Source: Lama guanicoe
Lineage: Eukaryota
Assembly (NCBI GenBank): GCA_013239625.1
Contig: MU054220.1
Location: 2,417,374-2,481,373 of the forward strand
Direction of reading: 5' to 3'
Length of the DNA: 64,000 nucleotides
Part shown: in pieces, positions 61,441-64,000 of the stretch
How positions within the stretch are numbered: the first letter of the stretch is position 1
Layout: each line of letters opens with the position of its first letter
Program-made: the position numbers and the translations under genes
The notes under the pieces: generated by a model
The model's database searches: none
Told to the model about the DNA's origin: nothing
What the model saw: only the letters and a program-made list of their open reading frames with translations

Positions 61441-64000
61441 AGTGCAGTTGGGGGCTGCCCACTTGGGCAGAAGGGCATCTTCTGGTGTTTTCACCTCCCA
61501 AAGTAGCCTCTGATTATTTCTTGATTAGCATCAGCTCGTTTCTGACCGCCAGTCAATTATAAGTTCCTTTCTTACTGTTTGGGAGTAGGGGAGATAGGCT
61601 GGCAGGAGGAAGGAGATTCTCTTTCCTGGTTCCAGAGGCCAGAACCTCATTCCCTCCCAGTCTCCTCCCTACAAAGTAGAGCAGGTGGTGGCGGGCAAGT
61701 CAGTCAGAGGTCAGAGGGGCTCTCCAGCAGGGGGAGCAGTCGTGAGCCGGAGCCTCAGCAGAGTAGCTCAGATGGCTCACCGTGTCTGTGGCCCTGGGAA
61801 CTTTGCCTAGAGCTCTAGACTGCCACCTCTGAAAGGGACAATATCACTGTCCCTTTCAGAAAGCCCCACACCTAGGAAGAAATAAGGGGAGAAGACGTGT
61901 GGGATGCTGACTGACAGATGTGACTGGCCAGCCTGGTCTCTCCTGGGGCCAGGAGACTTGTCCTGAGGTGCTCACCCCACTGAATACCAGCACCCTGTCC
62001 CAGCCCTGTCTCCTTTCTCCTTGTTGGCAAACTGGTGGCCACATCTGCAAGAACATGTAGAGGAAGCTGCTGGCCAGGTTGGTTAACCCTGCTTCTGCGT
62101 TTAGCTTGAAGGCGGGGCAGTTGGGGATACCACCTCTGCCTGTGCCTCCCTCCACACACACACACACCGGGCACCGGATTTATTAGTGTGGGAGACCAGC
62201 TCTGCTTGTGGTGATTACCGTTCTGTGGCCTGTCGCTCCCTTAGCCCTTTCCTATCAGCTAGCACCAAAGGGTTCCCAGGCTACTCCTCATTTTCATGTT
62301 CTATAAAAATTTGATTAAAATCCATTCAACTCCATCTAGGACCTCTAGGAAGAGCCCTCCACAGGAGGCATTTGCAGGTGCTGACTTTTTTGCTTGTCTG
62401 GCTTTAAAGGTTCCCTGCCCTGTCACTCAGAGAGGGAGGCAAGGCATTTCCTGGGCTCACTGTTTGCCCCCAGCACTGATACAGTGTCTGCCTGGCATGC
62501 AGGCAGCACTCAGGAAGTGTGTGGAGTGAATGAGTTGCGCAGAGGCAAGGCCCTGCCCCTGAGCTTGGCTGTGCTGCACTGTTTGGGGAGCCCACGGCTT
62601 TGCCTCTGACTTCTGGGAAGGTTGCCTAGACCTTTTTTGTTGTCTAGTGAAGACAATAGGCCAGCTGCAGTAGCCTGGGCCCTGGGCCAGGCAAAAGCAA
62701 TGTGAAAAGGGAGGGACAGCACAACCCCTGAGGTCAGGAAGGGCAGCTCCTCTTTTGACTCAAGCTCACTTCCCTCTTCTGAGCTGTGAAACCCCCAGAA
62801 TTGGGCACTATGGGAAGTTCCTGATCCCATCCTGGCCTCTGCATCCAGAACGTACTTTAAAACTTGCTAAGGAAATGATCTCACATCAACATTAAATCAG
62901 TCCCCCATTTTTCAAAGACAAAAAGAAATGCTTTTGCTCCGGGAAAGAATTAACCCCTATGACCACCACTGCTCTTGGAGCTAATAAGTTGGATCCCTTG
63001 GCTGCTGTTTCCATCAGGCCCCTGTGTTATCCTCTTGAAGAATGTGCTGGCTGCCTGCAGGGCCCTTAGCCTTGGCTTAGAGTTCCCAAAAGAGAGCACA
63101 GATCACAGCTCTCTAGGCTGAAGCTATCTACACCCAGCCCTGAGGAAACCATTCATGTGTACATTTTTAATTCTTCTATTGGATCTTTTTTGAGCACTTA
63201 CTTTATGTCTGGCATTGTATCAGACACCACGAAGCCAAAGGCATTGCAGAGGGAATCAGATTCAGAGATGAAGCCATGTCTGTTCCCTCAAAAAGCAGGT
63301 CCAGAAAGGAAATAGACATTTAAGTGCATCTCCATAGTAGCAGAGTGACATGTGACCAGTTTTCAGGAGCCACCTTAAGTCTGGAACGCCTGTAGACAGC
63401 CTGGGAACCCTTTATTCATTCACACATTCATTTGACAAATAGACACCGAGAGCAAGCCCACACGTTAGACATTGGGCTCAAAGATGTATAAAACTTAGTC
63501 CAAGATGTTCAAGAACTTAGAACCCGGAAGGGAGATGCTGCAGCCACACATAACTCTGACACAAGGAGGTGTGGGTCACTGCAAGGGCTCGGAGAAGGAG
63601 TAGCCACTCCCAGCTGGGGACCACGGAGGACCAGGGGAAGGAGGTGGTACTCGTGTTAAAAAGAAGTGGACTTTAGACATAAGGAAATGGACAAGTGCAC
63701 GGCAAGTAGAGCATCTCCAGTGTGTACAGGAGGGGCAGGTGGGCACACAGCAGCACCGAGTCGGCCTCAGTAAGGTCACTGGGAGCAGGAAGAGGGGATG
63801 GTCAGGGGAATGGCTCAGACCTGACCAGAGGGCCCTTAAATGTCACACTAAGGAGTATTAACTCCTTGGAGGACTTTTGGGGCTGCTGGGTTTGGGACAG
63901 AGTGTGGACTCAGTGGATCAGAGCTTCATTAAAATAGTAATAGCAGCAGCATGAAGGCTGGGTGGAAAGGAGAGAGATGAGAAGCAAGAAGACCGGTTAG

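Noticed and set aside
1..64000. CRISPR arrays, operons, rRNA/snoRNA genes, processed pseudogenes
   Set aside because: No repeat-spacer arrays, box C/D or H/ACA structures, or intronless gene copies were recognised. The sequence is mammalian intron/exon DNA throughout.

Overview
Mammalian genomic DNA, most likely camelid (a Vic-1-type tRNA-derived SINE is present). The whole window lies inside the 3' half of AMBRA1 on the + strand. Six coding exons splice together with canonical AG/GT boundaries and consistent phases (28471-28581, 38041-38229, 39081-39235, 51364-51503, 58305-58397, 59663-59856; 882 nt in total). They encode the C-terminal half of the split WD40 propeller, the LIR motif (WDQL) and two TQT dynein-light-chain motifs. 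By analogy with human these are roughly exons 12-17; the upstream exons and the last exon are outside the window. The rest is intron, carrying old L1, L2, MIR, hAT/Tigger MITEs and a MaLR LTR, plus several repeat-free, motif-dense candidate enhancers. Nearly all other ORFs in the track are spurious or L1 relics. I do not see a demonstrably new biological system. The best leads are: (i) a 26-nt candidate poison microexon with consensus splice sites at 53691-53716, built from a (GTTT)n tract plus an antisense MIR relic; (ii) a single-arm, non-hairpin homologue of primate MIR3160 at ~19944-19986; (iii) AG|GTAAG recursive-splice-like sites; (iv) an in-phase cryptic exon echoing the RIQRLM peptide of AMBRA1's last exon. 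All repeat-family names and human comparisons come from recalled sequences, not from a database search.
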